Assembly (NCBI GenBank): GCA_013265495.1
Contig: MU058153.1
Coordinates: 1,056,001-1,120,000 of the forward strand
DNA: 64,000 nt
DNA from: Vicugna vicugna
Taxonomy: Eukaryota
Direction of reading: 5' to 3'
The notes beneath the pieces were generated by a model, which was not told where the DNA came from, made no database searches, and saw only the letters and a list, made by a program, of their open reading frames with translations. The translations under genes and the position numbers were made by a program. Shown in pieces: positions 25,865 through 39,909 of this stretch (its first letter is position 1; the number at the start of each line of letters is the position of its first letter).

Positions 25865-26560
25865 GAGAGAAAGCTTTTGAAGTAAAAAATCTCTTAGTTC
25901 TGAGAGATTGAATAAACCAAGGTACAATGGCCAAACAATGCATGAAATTAGAACTCTGACCCCCCAGCCTGGACCAGGAAGCTAAACCCCTCTCTAGGTA
26001 GCAGTTGGCCCCAGAAAGTCAGGACTTGATCAATAATTGCCAACTTCCCTAATTTTTGCCTGCCACTTCCAGTTTAGGACAGAGAAAACCATACATGCTC
26101 CCCTCACCAATCACATAGGCTGTCCCACTTCTGCTTAGCCTGCCTCCAGCCTCCCACACCGATTTCCTCCACTCAGACTACACCCTAAGCCTTCCCTTTT
26201 CCCCAGAATTTTTCCCCAATACTAAGCTTCCCTGCTCCCCTGCCTGCCTTTGAGTCTCTGCCAAATGCAAGTGACGGTGGCCGACCCCCCGGCTTTAGCA
26301 ACTTCTCAATAAATAGATACTGCGTGTTCTCCTTTGGGTGGTCTTTATTTATCTCCGCAGTTCAAATCCTATTACTGTCACTTATTACTTATGTTACTTT
26401 GTGCATGTTTCTTAACTTCTGTGAGTCTTAGTTTCCTCATTCTAAGAGAGAGGTGTTACTGACACCTACTGCATAGAGTCAAATCACTCAATACATTACA
26501 TGGGAAACCCTTAAAAACCGTCTGGTATACTCTAAGCCCATAATAGTTCTCAGTATTTTT
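25865..26560 (+). mobile_element. MIR SINE split by an LTR insertion
   Basis: Joining the flanks gives 'gttcaaatcct...cacttattact...ttcttaacttctgtgagtcttagtttcctcat', a MIR core. Confidence 0.7.
25901..26359 (+). mobile_element. ERV1-class solo LTR (MER110-like by recalled similarity)
   Basis: TG...CA termini, perfect 4-bp TSD gttc (25897-25900, 26360-26363), CCAAT box, AATAAA 26308-26313. Confidence 0.88.
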
Positions 26561-27209
26561 ATTCATTATACTTAGTTATTATTAGACATGAGGAAATAAA
26601 CTTAGACGATAAAAGACTTGCTTGAAGTCCACAGAATGGAAGTGTCCTAGCTGGGTGCAAACTGTGCTGGGTTCAAGTCTAGTGGGCTTTTTCTTCTACC
26701 CCAAGCAACCTCTCCTTTGCGTGCAGAGCACAATCTGGAAATGTTTTCTAAATGAATGCATGAAAGAATAAGTAGATGAGTGAGTAGACTAAATTGTCAC
26801 AGAAGAGGCAAATGCAAGTATGGGTAAGGGGAGGAATGCTTCAGTCAACCAAACAAACCAAATTGCGTTAAATCTTACCAGGAGGTAAAATGATTTCAGA
26901 GCTGGAAAGTGTATTAGAGATCATTTGGTCCTATGGTTTACAAAGTTTTCAAACTCTACAATAATAAAGATTCAGAAAGGAGAAGCTTTCTCTGTAATAT
27001 CTAAATAGCAACAAAATCAAACTAAACTCTAATCATAAGTCATTTTTGGTTTTAAATGAAAGATTGAGAAAAATTTTCAATTCTTTCTTGAACTTGATTT
27101 TTTCTGTAAATATTGTTGGTTAAACATCTACCACATCAGCTATAATTTTCAGGAAATGGGTAAATCATGACCAAAATAAAAAGCCACTGAAATGCTTGAA
27201 TGATACTCA

Positions 27210-28292
27210 TGTATTTCAGTTTGGATTCCTTCAATAGCAGACCCTGGGACAAGGATTTGTGTAGTTTATTTGAGAGACAATCCCAAGGAACACTCGAAGT
27301 AGTGGGAAGTGAAGGAGGAAAGAGGGTAGAGTCAGTGAAATGTGTGTTGATAACCATATTACTGTGATGGGCACCTGGGGCTCAGTTAACCTGGGGACAC
27401 CCTGAGAGACAGTGAGGAGTAGTCTACAGGGTTATTTGTGGGTTCATCACCAGTTGTGGGTTCTGGCCAGCAGAAGTCCCACCAAGACAGAATGGATTAC
27501 TCAAGACTCTGTGGAAAAGTCAAGAGAGTGAGAAGGAGTTGGGAGCCAACGCCCCGAGCCTCTCAGATCTCCCGTATTTATTGAGTACAGTCAAAGGAGG
27601 AATGCAGGAATTTAGGGAAGGACAGGGTGCGATCACAATGAGTACAAAGGCTTTGTTTATTGTTGGTGTTTGGCTCAAGGTCAGAAGACCCTTTTGTTGA
27701 ATCATGTTCGTGTTGAGCCTTTCAGCTTATCAGGGCAGAACTTAGGAGAATCAGCTGCTTAACAGCTTGGACTCAGGTGGCTGTGCCTGTCTTAGTTTAC
27801 CCCCCTCAGGGGGGTCTTACCTGTCATTGGCTGACCAGCCTTCTCACCTCTGAGTCTGCAGCTTTTTATAAGTTGTTTACCATTCCAGCCGAAGGCTGTT
27901 TTGGGGATAGAAGACTAACAGCAGGCACACCCAGCGTTTATAGCCGGGGGCCTGGGTCATTGCTAAAACCTCAGGGCAGTTACTAAGCACATCTTTTTTA
28001 AGAAGGTAAGGAGCTGGGATCTGTTACAATTTGTTAACCCAATCATGGACTCCCACAGTTGTTCCCATGAGATATGGGGATGCTGAGAATTCAGGCCCTC
28101 CTACGTTGAAGGATGATAACCCCCGTGCACTTCTAGCTTGCATCTCTTAGAGACCAGGGGCACTCTGATGACAAGACAGCATGTCCAGTCAGAGAGAGAT
28201 AAGAAGTGACAGGCAGTCTTGGCAGTTGTCTGCAGGTGACTTCCGGGGTAACCCAAGGGGCTACATCCTGGGCAGGACAGCGTCTGCTATGC
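27210..28292 (-). mobile_element. ERVL LTR16-like element, interrupted by a younger LTR
   Basis: 'gcagaccctgggacaaggattt...gtagtttatttgagag', 'gggcacctggggctcagtt', end 'acagcgtctgctat'. Confidence 0.7.
27437..28028 (-). mobile_element. Younger ERV solo LTR
   Basis: TG...CA termini; on the minus strand TATAAAAA (27863-27870) lies upstream of AATAAA (27577-27582); att(t) on both flanks. Confidence 0.7.
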
Positions 28293-28964
28293 AGACGTTT
28301 TCTTCACGTGAAAAAACACTGATGAAGATGTTTGTTTTACCTTTGTGTCTTTATCAAAATTAGTGACATTATAAAGGAAAGCTATGAACTGTAGTAAAAC
28401 TAAATATGGAAAATTATTTTAGCTTTCATACATAAATTGTGCATAAGGAAAGAGATAGAAAGAAATTTAAAAGAAAACAAAAAGCCTGACAAAGAATAGG
28501 CAGAGTCATGAAAGCTAACTTGTAAAAGATAGAATGGAAATGGTACAAACACTGGGTAGGAGATGTTCACTGTTCATCTAAAAAGTTTGTTAAACAGAGA
28601 TCGAGATTTCTCACAGAGGCTGCCAGAGGTGCAGTGAGAGGGGATTCTCATACACCACTGAGGGTTACTGCCTTTTGGAAAGCGATGTTTTTTCACCATG
28701 TCAAGGGCTTAAAGTCCCTTATTCCCTTTGATTCAGTTATTCTTCAGTCTAGGGGAAAACTGGAAGTACATGAAAAAGTGCAGTTTTTCCTGGAAGCATT
28801 TGGAACAGTTTAAAATAATAAATAATGTACATAGACAATATTATGCAGATGGTTAAATATAGATCCATGTGAAATACATTATGCAAGCACTTGGCGCAGT
28901 TTTCACTGCATGGTGTGCTAGTCTGATTTGCTTGAAAGAAACAAATAAAACCTATGATACAGCG

Positions 28965-29160
28965 GTGAGGGCTTGATATGTACCACTTACTATCCTAAAC
29001 ACCTTTATATGTATTAATTTAATCCTCTCAACGGCCCCATGATGTACTATTCTTATCATCCCCATTTTCTGGATGAATATACTGGGGCCACGGAGATGTT
29101 AAGCACATTGTCCAAGGTAACACAGATAGTGAATGGTGGAATTGGTATTCAAACCCAGGC
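28965..29160 (-). mobile_element. MIR SINE
   Basis: 'atttaatcctctcaacggcccc...atccccattttctggatga...gtccaaggtaacacag...ttcaaacccaggc'. Confidence 0.85.
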
Positions 29161-29684
29161 AAAGTGTGTGCAAAGCTTGTAAGACTCCTGGAAGGCTCCT
29201 GGAAGGACAAACTGAACTGGGGATACTGCAAGGTCATGGGCGATAGGAAGGACTTATAATTAACTCTCTCTCCCTCTCTCTTTCCTTTCTTCCTTTCCTT
29301 TCTCCTCTTTGACCTCTGTGCAGAACCATCTCCCCCAGACTGTACCATAAGGTACCAGGGATTTTATGGACAACGCTTGACCGGTGCCCATTCCCAGTTC
29401 AGTTCACGGCCACCCCAAATTAAAGCCAACCTAGAGCTCTCTGAGCTAAGAACTTCCACCTGGAGAAATCATGGTCGTTATTAATGATACTACTTACTAA
29501 TGCTGTTTATTGCTATTAATGATAACTATTATAAGATCTCATGTTTACAACACTTTATACACCCATATTCCCTCACATGATAACTGTAGTAACCTTGTGA
29601 AGCATATGGAACAGACATTAAAATCCCATCTTTGGGGTGAAAAAAATGAGGGTTAGAGAGACTTGCCATAACATATTTCTTACA

Positions 29685-29830
29685 AGACGGACCTGGGTTC
29701 AAATTGCACGCTTCTACCTACTGGCTGACTTCGGAGGGATACTGACCCTCTGTAAGTCTCCTTCTGTAAAATGAGAGCATTCATAGTATAAACCCCATTG
29801 GTTACTGGGAGAGTCAAACAAGATGATGCA
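29685..29830 (+). mobile_element. MIR fragment
   Basis: 'gacctgggttcaaat...ctccttctgtaaaatgag'. Confidence 0.65.
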
Positions 29831-30409
29831 GAAACTCGAGAAACAAAACCATTGTTCTTTGGGGTTTCGTTTGTTTGTTCACACATCTGAAGAGCAGATG
29901 CTGTAACCGCTACTACAGGACTAGTAGATAGTAACTCTCAATGGTCCTTTGCTATTGTTACCATTTTTGAAAGTAGAAAGGAACCATTTGTTTCCTTTTA
30001 GTTCTTGAGGCAAACTCAGCTGGTCCTACAAGAAAGGACTCACTGCCTAGAAGCAAGGAGTGTGTGAGCCCAAAACCTTCAGTTGTTCATTTTTTCAGGC
30101 TCTGTCTTGGCTTTTAAGTCCAGGTCACGCTCTTCTTGGGCCACACTCCAGCCAATGACCAGGCAAATCAATAGTAGCTGACATCAGCTCTTCTCAGAGA
30201 AGCCCCCCAAAGGTACCAGTGCAGGCAGTGATACAAGGGTACAAGGGCTCAGTCATTTCCACCCAAGGTAGGCTTCCTCCGGTGGTACACTATCCACAGC
30301 ACTTGCTGGACTGAAAGAGATTTTGTTGGGTCTAACTCTGCATCCTAACTGCGTGTCAGCATGCTTCCGGCTCACTGCTTGATGCATTTGGTAAAGGCTG
30401 GGTTCAGGC

Positions 30410-30588
30410 GAAGGCTTCTTGACTTTGATACCATTGCCATTCTGTGTCGTGGGGTGTGTCATGTGCATTCAGGCATCTTCAGCAGTATCCTTGACCTCAA
30501 CTACCTAGATACCAGTAGAGCTCCCTAAGTTGTGACAACCAAAATTGTCTCTGGACATTGCCTAGTGTCCCCAGTTGAGGACCCCTGA
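30410..30588 (-). mobile_element. MER20 MITE, degenerate
   Basis: 'agttgtgacaaccaaaattgtctctggacattgcctagtgtcccc'. Confidence 0.8.
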
Positions 30589-32594
30589 GGCAAATCCCTT
30601 CACATTACCAATGAGGAAACTAAAACCCAAAGAGTTAACCTTAGTTGCCCAGTTTGGATAGCTAAACTAAAGACAGAATTGGACCTAGAACCAGGTTTAC
30701 ACTGTTTCTACTTCTGGGATCTTTTTAGATTTTGAGTAAGAAATCAGATTTTACAAGAGAAATACTGTCATCCTCTGTCTTCAAACTGGAATCTCCATAG
30801 GTGAAGAATTCCAGAACCAAAGGTCGTTTCTTTGCTCTGTTTCTTGTTTACACCTCTTGTGAAGAGGTTGAATAACCTCTGCCTCACCCCAGCCCTGAGA
30901 TGTGTGAAGTTCCTGCACCACCTGGGTTGCAAGTTTAAATCGCTGCTTCTTCTTTGGTTGCTTACGGAAGCACTTGAAAGTCATCGTGGTCCTTTATGTG
31001 CGAAACTGTATATTGGTCTCCCTCCAATCAAACGTGTCTCCTAAGTATCTGTCCAGTGCAGACTGGCCTCCTAAATAACCTTCTGTGTCATCTCCTGTAA
31101 AAAGTTTTCCTTGGGGTTCCACTCCCCTGAGATGGGGAATATTCTGTTTCTCAGCCACCCATCCTGTGGCTACTACAAACAGAGCTTTAAGCCATGCCTA
31201 TCACTACCCTTTCCTTGTCTGATTTCTCCCTCTGCCATGTGAACTCCTTGAGCATGATGGTGTGAGCCTTTCAACATGAGGTGTCTAATTGCTGCATTCT
31301 TAACTCAGTAAATGTTTTGGGAATAAATTAATGAATGCTTAAACCGTTAAAAGCCGCCAGATCACTCTACCAGGAAAAGAAGTGTCAGAGGAAAGAGCAG
31401 TCTTTTTCCCTGTTTTGGGGGAGTTTGCTGTGTCCCTCACCCTCATCTTGACTATATCGATAGGAAAAGTTAACAAGAAAGTGTCTTGAAATACTTCTGT
31501 CAAATCAAATACATTTGCAAATGTTCAGCTCTGGCATTCAGTTCCACGCTCATCTAAATACGATGTGGGCAGCTCTATGTGATACCGTCTGACCTTAGCA
31601 GTAGCTCACTTTTACCTTCTGCTCTGAGATGGAAAGACCTGATTATGGGGTAATGAATTTTTTAATGCTGCGCAGGAAAATCTGTTGCTGAACGACTGAC
31701 AAAAATAATTCAAATTCCTTTCATAAATCCAATTCTACTCATTGCCAGGCATTATTATGGAACAATAGTGCTTACAATATCCTGAGGGAAAAAAATTTGT
31801 AAAGCAGAATTATGCTTATTTAAATATTATTTATCCAGGTATTTATTATAATAAGATAATGATCGTTCTGTGAATTACCTATTGAGTGAGATGTTCTGGT
31901 TCTTTGTAAAGTTTAATTCTATACCACAAAATAATCTTGGGATGTAGTCTCTGCAACAACTAATGAATAAATATGAAGCTTATTTTCAGGCCATTTACAC
32001 ATTAGAAAATTTAGGTTTTTAGCCCTCATTATTTTATCACATTCAATATAACATTAAAGACAGGCTTTGTCTTGATAAGTGAAATAATTTGCATGCATCA
32101 ATCACAACAAGAAAGACAAGATTTAAAATTTCTCATATTTTAATACTAATGTGCAGTTTGAGTTTCAGCTTGAAAGGGCAAAGAAGTATTTCTCCGGTAC
32201 AATTAGCGTGGATCTCATTGTTTAAAAAGCGATGTGTGCTAATCAAACAGTATTCAGTATGCAACAATATTTATTTAGCGCTGTGCTGAATGTTGGAGCA
32301 CAGGGGCATATAAATAATTTTAAAATATGCTCATGACCATCAGAGATATTACACTTTCATTAAGAAGATATATACATACATGTTTACATATCTTGTATAT
32401 ATCTTGTATATAATATATACATATCTTGTATATAATAAATACAGAAACATATTATTTGATACTTTTATTTGAACTTGTGGGTTTATTAAATCTAAGAGTT
32501 ATAATTCAGGAAGGGACATGGCACAATGGCTTGGGAGTCCTGATTCAGTATTACTAGCTCTGTGACCTTAAGCATATGATACATATTTTCCAGC

Positions 32595-32890
32595 CCAGTG
32601 ATTGTCAAACTGATGCACATCAGAACAACCTAAGGTAGTTTTTAAAAAGCTCCCCTGCCCAGACATCAGAATTTTTTTTAAAACTTGGGTTTCAGATTGA
32701 TTTCAATGAAAATACAAGATAGAGAATGATTAATCCATTTCTCAAACTTTAATATGAATACCAGTTGCCTTGTTGGCTAGGGAAGGTGCAGGTGCTCATC
32801 CAGGAGCCCTGACATGGGCCCAGAGAGTCCTCACGGGCTCCCAGATGGGGTTTATGCTGCCTTCTGGAGGGCCACACTCTGGGTGGGAAA
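32595..32890. mobile_element. Two adjacent MER5-like hAT MITE remnants
   Basis: 'cagtgattgtcaaactgatgcacatcagaa' and 'tttctcaaacttt...gggccacactctggg'. Confidence 0.55.
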
Positions 32891-33899
32891 GTCCAGCCTA
32901 CAATTATGTCCTTTTAAAAATAGAGATACTTCTCCGAGGGCTGATGGAACGGCCAGTCACATGACATGGGTATCTTATAATAATGACTTCAGCTCAATCT
33001 TCCTCAAAATATTGACATAAGTAGGGAGAGTCATCCCTTGCTAGGGCAGATTATATCTGATTTTTAAAAATTTTATCTGAAATCCCTTCTCCCTTCTTCT
33101 TAATTAGGTGAAGGCTAGTCACTGTTCCAGGCCCTGATGCACTTCAGCCCACACCTGCCATCCTCTTAACTCCACGGGTCGCCATCCTGGCACCATAGTG
33201 GAATTTCCTGGGGAAATTTCGCAGCGTACCCAATGCCTGAGCCCCACACCAGACAAATTAATCAGTATCTCCGGGGGTGATTCCACTATGCCTCAATGGT
33301 TGAGCACCAGCTCTCATCAGATTCCCTACACTCCATTCACTTTGTCTTTTATTCAGTTAATACGCTTTGAGCTTCTACCACATGCCAACATTGTGCCGGA
33401 GAGTGGGACTGATAACAAATGAGTGATGAATCCATTTCTTTACTTTACTATTTTTACAACTAATTTATAAGGTAGATATTACTAGTATTAACATCTTATA
33501 GTTGAGAAAAGTGAGACTTAGAAAGGTCATGAAGCCTGTCTGGGATCCTGAGCTAGTGAGTGAGAATTCAAACCCCACACACTTAGCCACATGACAACCC
33601 GGGTCCCGAGGAAGCAGGCTGAAAAAATAATGTAGTACAAAGCTGTGGGAACATGGAATTAGTTTAATTTTGGAATGCATTCTTCACAATTCCCCGTCTT
33701 GGATTTCTTTTCCTTTTTTGTTATGACTGTTAGGTTAATCTGCTCAAGTACAGTATAAAATCCTTAAGGTCAGGGATCATGATTTATAATGATATGACTG
33801 AACCTTTTTTTAATAGGACATAGCATGAGATTGAAAACAAAATGGGTTGTCTTGTTTTGTCTTTCTCTGTTTCTCCCTGCATGCATACACGTACATATA

Positions 33900-36600
33900 T
33901 GGTCACGTTTGTGTTTATATTTAAACTGTCAGGTGTACAGAATTGGATTGCCACTATTGCTCAAATCAAGTTCTCTTTTTAATTTAATCATTTTTCTCCG
34001 TCAGTCTAAATCTTCATTCTTATCTCCCTCATCCACATTACTCCTCACTCTAATGTGTTTAATGCATGTCCTCTCACTTGACTTCCCACATTTACTAGGC
34101 GTTGGTACACTAAAATTGACATGTATTCTTGTTCTGTGCATTTTATATTTATGTAAATGGCACTTCACTCTAAATTTTATTCTTCTTTTCTTAAATGTTC
34201 TTTGAATACAGTTTTTGGATCTATCCAGGTTGCCAAGTTTCAATCTAGTTAGTTGTTTCTGATGATTACATTTTATTCCATGGTATGCATTTATAGATTT
34301 TATTTAGCTATTTCCCTTTTCTATAAAAATCTAAGTTACTTTATGCATAATTTCCACTTACATACATACATACAAAAAAAGCTGCTAATAGGTTTTATTA
34401 AGACATAAAATGGAAAAGTGTCACTGAGAGATATATGTACATTAAGGAGGGATTGTTGGGTCAAATATTTAATATCTCACATAGTTTCATCTCCAGAAGA
34501 ACACTGTCAGTTTACCCTCCCACTGTGACTTTAGTTATTCATATCTTCTGTAGCATTTGATTTTTATAAAATTGCCAATGTGATTGGTATCAAATGCTAT
34601 TTCACTATTTTGATTTCTATTTTTCTGATTATTAGAGTGTGAACATCTCAGTATATTTATTAGCCATTTGTGTTTCCTCTTTTCTGTTTCATATACCTTA
34701 CTCATTCTTTTCTTTTCTTTTTTCCAGATGGTAGATATTTATTTATTCATTTATTTATTGAAGTATAGTCAGTTACAATGTGTCAATTTCTGGCATACAG
34801 CATAATGCATCAGTCATAAGTATACATATATATATGTTCTCATATTCTTTTTATTATAGGTTACTACAATATACTGAATATAATTCCCTGTTCTATACAG
34901 AAGAAATTCATTTTTTATCTATTCTATATAGTAGTTAGTATTTGCGAATCTCGAACTCCCAGTTTATCCCTTCCCACCCCCTTTCCCCCTGGTAACCATA
35001 AGTCTGTTTACTGTGTCTGTGAGTCTGTTTCTGTTTTGTAGGTAAATTCATTAGTGTCTTCTTATTTCTTATTTTCTAATGGGTTTACCGTATTTTCACT
35101 GTCTTAAAACTTACAAAAGTTCTTTATATTAATTTCTTCAGACTTTGCCAAAATCTTCTTCTAGTATGTTACCAATCAGCTCTCTTTGCCTGTAGCATTT
35201 TTTTCTGATGAGAAATAATAGTTGGAGCTCGACTTGTAGGTTGATATTATTGTCTCTACTTTCATTGTCTTCTAGCCTCTATTGTCATTGTTAAATTTAT
35301 TGTCAGATAATTTTTGTTCTTTTGCATGTAACCTATTGTTTCCTCTCCGATTTATTTTAAAATATCTTTTGCCTTTGATATTTGGTATATTTACTGCAGT
35401 GTATTTATTTTATTTTATTATTTTGTAGTTTTCAAAATGTTTGTGCTCTTTAATCTAGATATTTATGACCCTCATCATTTCCAGAAAAAATATATCCACC
35501 AACTTTTTATATATTACTCCATAAAAATTGCTCCATATCCCCGTTTATGAACTAGACCAATGTTGGATCTTCTGACTGCAAATTCTGATTTTCTTAACTT
35601 TTATTCTTATATTTTTTCATGCATTTATCATTTTGGAATAGATTATATATCATTTCTTCAATTCTATCTTTCATTTCACAAACATTACTTTCAATTTTGT
35701 CTAATTAAAAATGTAATACACACATTGAGGTTTTTTTAAAAAAAATCAGATTGTGCTTTTTAAATTCTAAGTTCTACTTTGTTATTTTCCAACTCTTCCT
35801 GTTCCTTACTCAGAATTTCTAATTCCTGTCTTATATTTTTTTATGAAATCATTTTATGTCTATAAGATTTATAAACATACTTCGTATAGTCTTTATTCAG
35901 TTTATTTTCTCAATTTTAAAATACTTTGGTTTTACTTCATTGATGTGCTATGGCTGCTGAATTTTCATTCATGGCATGATTATTATGAAAGTTTTTTGTA
36001 ATATCGTAAAATGAGCTTAGTTTTACTGTATATGTAGAGATCACTCCAGTGTAGTTTTGCCAGTGCTTACAATAAGAGTTGTACCAGAAATATCGTTAGA
36101 CTTGGCAAAGGTTTATGCTGATTTGGGGTTCAAAGGACAAATAGATATGACACATTTAAACTCAGCACCTAAGACAGCAAGCCTGACATTTCAGCAGAGT
36201 CTATGTTTTTCCTTCCAAAATTTCTAGTTGTGACATATTTCCTCATCGGTTTTCTGTACTGTGGGTGGATTTTTCTAGTCTTTCTGTTTATTCCGAGTGA
36301 AGCCCTTGTGGAGTTGCAGCTTTATGCAGGGTCCCAGAACTGCCTCATCCACAACCAAACCTTTTCAACTGTTTCTGTGGAAGCTTTAATGAACATCTAC
36401 TTTTCCCCTCCATCTCCAAACCTCTGTGCTTATCTGGAACAGCTGCAGCATTTAATAGATGTAATTACATCTCTGTGATTCAATTTCTTTTCGTCCTTGG
36501 TACCTAGGGATTTCTTTTTTCTTGTGTCTATCATTTATTTTAAATGACAGTATTTTACCCAGCATTTCCACATATTTGGTGCAGGATTTTCAAAATTTTT
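33900..36600 (-). mobile_element. Ancient L1M-type remnants
   Basis: T-rich antisense L1 motifs, e.g. 'ttattagccatttgtgtttcctct'; very degenerate. Confidence 0.55.
34735..35060 (-). mobile_element. L1 3'UTR fragment related to the nested L1 at 16.9 kb
   Basis: Colinear with 16894-17225 ('tttattgaagtatagtcagtt...gagtctgtttctgttttgtag'). Confidence 0.9.
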
Positions 36601-38054
36601 GTCAGTAATTTTGCCAAATATAAAGCTATCTCTATAAGTAATTGGAATCAAGATTATACTAATATTGTAAAGTATCTTAGGCAACAGTAAAGTTTCAAAC
36701 AACAGGAATATACTATACTGTTCCTTGGATATTTTTTGGCACAGTTCATGTTGTGGGGGGGAAGGGGAAGGGGAGCTGGTGAAGACTGAAAGGTGAGACC
36801 TCGTCTACCTACACCATTTTATTCCGTGCTCTCCAGCACAAGGGCAGCATTGCCCTAATTTTACCCATTGCATCAAGCATTAGTTTCTTTCCTGCACTGT
36901 GCTACGATGAGGGATACTATGTGAAGAAGAGCAGGGCTAGACAGTGCTTTCTTGAATTATCCTTATATTTGTCATCTGGTGTTATTCTATTCTCAGCCAT
37001 TGTTTCTTTCTCAACCCTTGCGTCCATCCATCTATTTCCTAAAAGTTTCACACAATCCCATCAACTTTTCTCTCTCTTCCATAGTTTTTTTTCTGTCTTT
37101 GAGGGCAAAGACCAGCCTGTAACCAAGCTAGTTCTCCATTCAGCTTAGAATATCTCAAATAAATATTTGTTAATCACTCAATCACTTGATTATCAGAAGA
37201 TAGATTAGTGACTATTAGTAGTTAGTTATGAAAGAGTATATAAACCAAGATGCTGTTAGGTAAAACATGTTACATGATACGAAAGTATTTCTTAATGCCT
37301 ATGCTATTGGTGGGAGGTACCCAGTAAGAACCATACTTGACACATTTTATGGGTTAATATTTCTATGAAAGGCATTTATTCATTCATCGCTCTATTAAAT
37401 ATTTACTGAATACCTTCCCCTGTGTCCAGTGATGCCATAATGAAGTGCTTTTAGGTCCCTTCCTCATTTTCATGAACTCCTTCCCCATTCTTTGAACTTG
37501 ATGTTACAAAATTATGTAAAATCCTTCACAAATGAGACTTGAAAGCCTGACTTACTACCACACTGCCAGTCCAAAGATTTCCTCCTACAGAATGAGAAGC
37601 ACTGTATTTTATGTACCCTTCATTTTATAAGTTATTGGATTACAAGAAATGAAAACATACAGGACTCTTTTCACAAGAAGTATACTGTATATTGGGGCAG
37701 ACAGTTACCAAAGGATTAATTAATAATAGTTGTGATTTGATTTTTTTGGAAATGCACACAGGCGTGGCTTTTATGCAACCTGTAGTCATGTACTCTTGAC
37801 AGGTTGTTTTGAATGATGTCTCTTCTGATGGGACTGGTGTCTGTTTTGTTTTGTCAGTACCCATGCTCTACTGGCTATTAAATGTTTTTATTATCTCCTC
37901 TGTTAGGCTGCTCTGAGAGTTCAGGGAAGCATCACTTGAGATTTCTAGCCACTGCTGGTGCTTCTCCTCCTTCCCACGCAACACAAACGTGTGTTTTCAT
38001 AGACCCATAGGTGTGCCTGGATTGCGTCAGACCTGACCACGAGGCACAGGTATG

Positions 38055-38322
38055 TATTCAGCACTACAAACGTGGCTTATTCAAATTGAAGTATGCCGAA
38101 ATGTCAACTACACATCATATTTTGAAGACAGTAGAACTGAAAATATCTCATTAATTGATTTATTCCAGTTGTGCACTAACATGATATTATTCTGGATACA
38201 CAGGGTTAAATAAAATCTATCATGAAAATTGATACAATTGTTTCACTTTACCTTTATCAATGTGGCTATAGGTAAATTTAAGATTACACATGTTGCTCAT
38301 ATCATAATTCTATTTCAAAGCA
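38055..38322 (-). mobile_element. MER33-like hAT MITE (second copy about 38905-39150 in the duplicated block)
   Basis: 'aaaatatctcattaat', 'gggttaaataaaat', 'aatgtggctataggtaaatttaagattacacatgttgctc'. Confidence 0.7.
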
Positions 38323-38548
38323 AGGTCTGAGATCTTATATTTATCAACAAAAAAATGATATTTAAGTTCTCTTATTTTGTAGTTTTGCACAATGAGGTCC
38401 AGTAATGGGAAATTAGTTATCTAAGAACCTAGAATGGAGTAATACTAGAAATAAGCTTGTGGCCAGAGCCATGCGGTGTGATGCCTTCTCCTGCATCCAA
38501 CATTGCTTTTAAGGTTAGCCCTGAGGATAGTCAAAGGAAAACGTGTTC

Positions 38549-38904
38549 NNNNNNNNNNNNNNNNNNNNNNNNNNNNNNNNNNNNNNNNNNNNNNNNNNNN
38601 NNNNNNNNNNNNNNNNNNNNNNNNNNNNNNNNNNNNNNNNNNNNNNNNNNNNNNNNNNNNNNNNNNNNNNNNNNNNNNNNNNNNNNNNNNNNNNNNNNNN
38701 NNNNNNNNNNNNNNNNNNNNNNNNNNNNNNNNNNNNNNNNNNNNNNNNNNNNNNNNNNNNNNNNNNNNNNNNNNNNNNNNNNNNNNNNNNNNNNNNNNNN
38801 NNNNNNNNNNNNNNNNNNNNNNNNNNNNNNNNNNNNNNNNNNNNNNNNNNNNNNNNNNNNNNNNNNNNNNNNNNNNNNNNNNNNNNNNNNNNNNNNNNNN
38901 NNNN
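38549..38904. other. Assembly gap (N run) flanked by a 473-bp direct duplication
   Basis: 38076-38548 matches 38905-39377; the only difference I found is G38475/A39304. Confidence 0.97.
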
Positions 38905-39445
38905 CTTATTCAAATTGAAGTATGCCGAAATGTCAACTACACATCATATTTTGAAGACAGTAGAACTGAAAATATCTCATTAATTGATTTATTCCAGTTG
39001 TGCACTAACATGATATTATTCTGGATACACAGGGTTAAATAAAATCTATCATGAAAATTGATACAATTGTTTCACTTTACCTTTATCAATGTGGCTATAG
39101 GTAAATTTAAGATTACACATGTTGCTCATATCATAATTCTATTTCAAAGCAAGGTCTGAGATCTTATATTTATCAACAAAAAAATGATATTTAAGTTCTC
39201 TTATTTTGTAGTTTTGCACAATGAGGTCCAGTAATGGGAAATTAGTTATCTAAGAACCTAGAATGGAGTAATACTAGAAATAAGCTTGTGGCCAGAGCCA
39301 TGCAGTGTGATGCCTTCTCCTGCATCCAACATTGCTTTTAAGGTTAGCCCTGAGGATAGTCAAAGGAAAACGTGTTCATATAAAAACTGTTTTAGAGATA
39401 TGAAATCCTATCTCTTGAACATTAATCATAAAATGTTTTACAAGG

Positions 39446-39909
39446 TATATTTATACAATGGAATACTACTCAGCCATAAAAACTGACAACATAACGCCAT
39501 TTGCGGCAACATGGATGCTCCCGGAGAATACCATTCTAAGTGAAGTAAGCCAGAAGGAGAAAGAAAAATACCATATGAGATCGCTCATATGTGTAATCTA
39601 AAAACAAAAACAAACAAACAAAGCATAAATACAAAACAGAAACAGACTCATAGACATAGAATACAAACTTGTGGTTGCCAAGGGGGTGGAGGGTGGGAAG
39701 GAACAGATGGGATTTCAAAATTGTAGAATAGATAAATAAGATTATACTGTATAGCACAGGGAAATGTAAGTAAGATCTTATGGTAGCTCACAGAGAAAAA
39801 AATGTGACAATGAATATATATATGCTCATGTATAACTGAAAAATTGTGCTCTACACTGGAATTTGACACAACATTGTAAAATGATTATAAATCAATAAAA
39901 AAATGTTAA
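39446..39909 (+). mobile_element. Young 5'-truncated L1 (ORF2 end plus 3'UTR)
   Basis: 'tacaatggaatactactcagccataaaa'; TSD aaaatgtttta(c/t)aaggta 39430-39447/39910-39927. Confidence 0.93.

Noticed and set aside
32386..32442. Three 'atatcttgtatat' direct repeats, superficially CRISPR-like
   Set aside because: No unique spacers, AT-rich slippage repeat, mammalian DNA, no cas genes
38457..39042. Long ORFs of 132-179 aa
   Set aside because: Artefacts of reading through Ns
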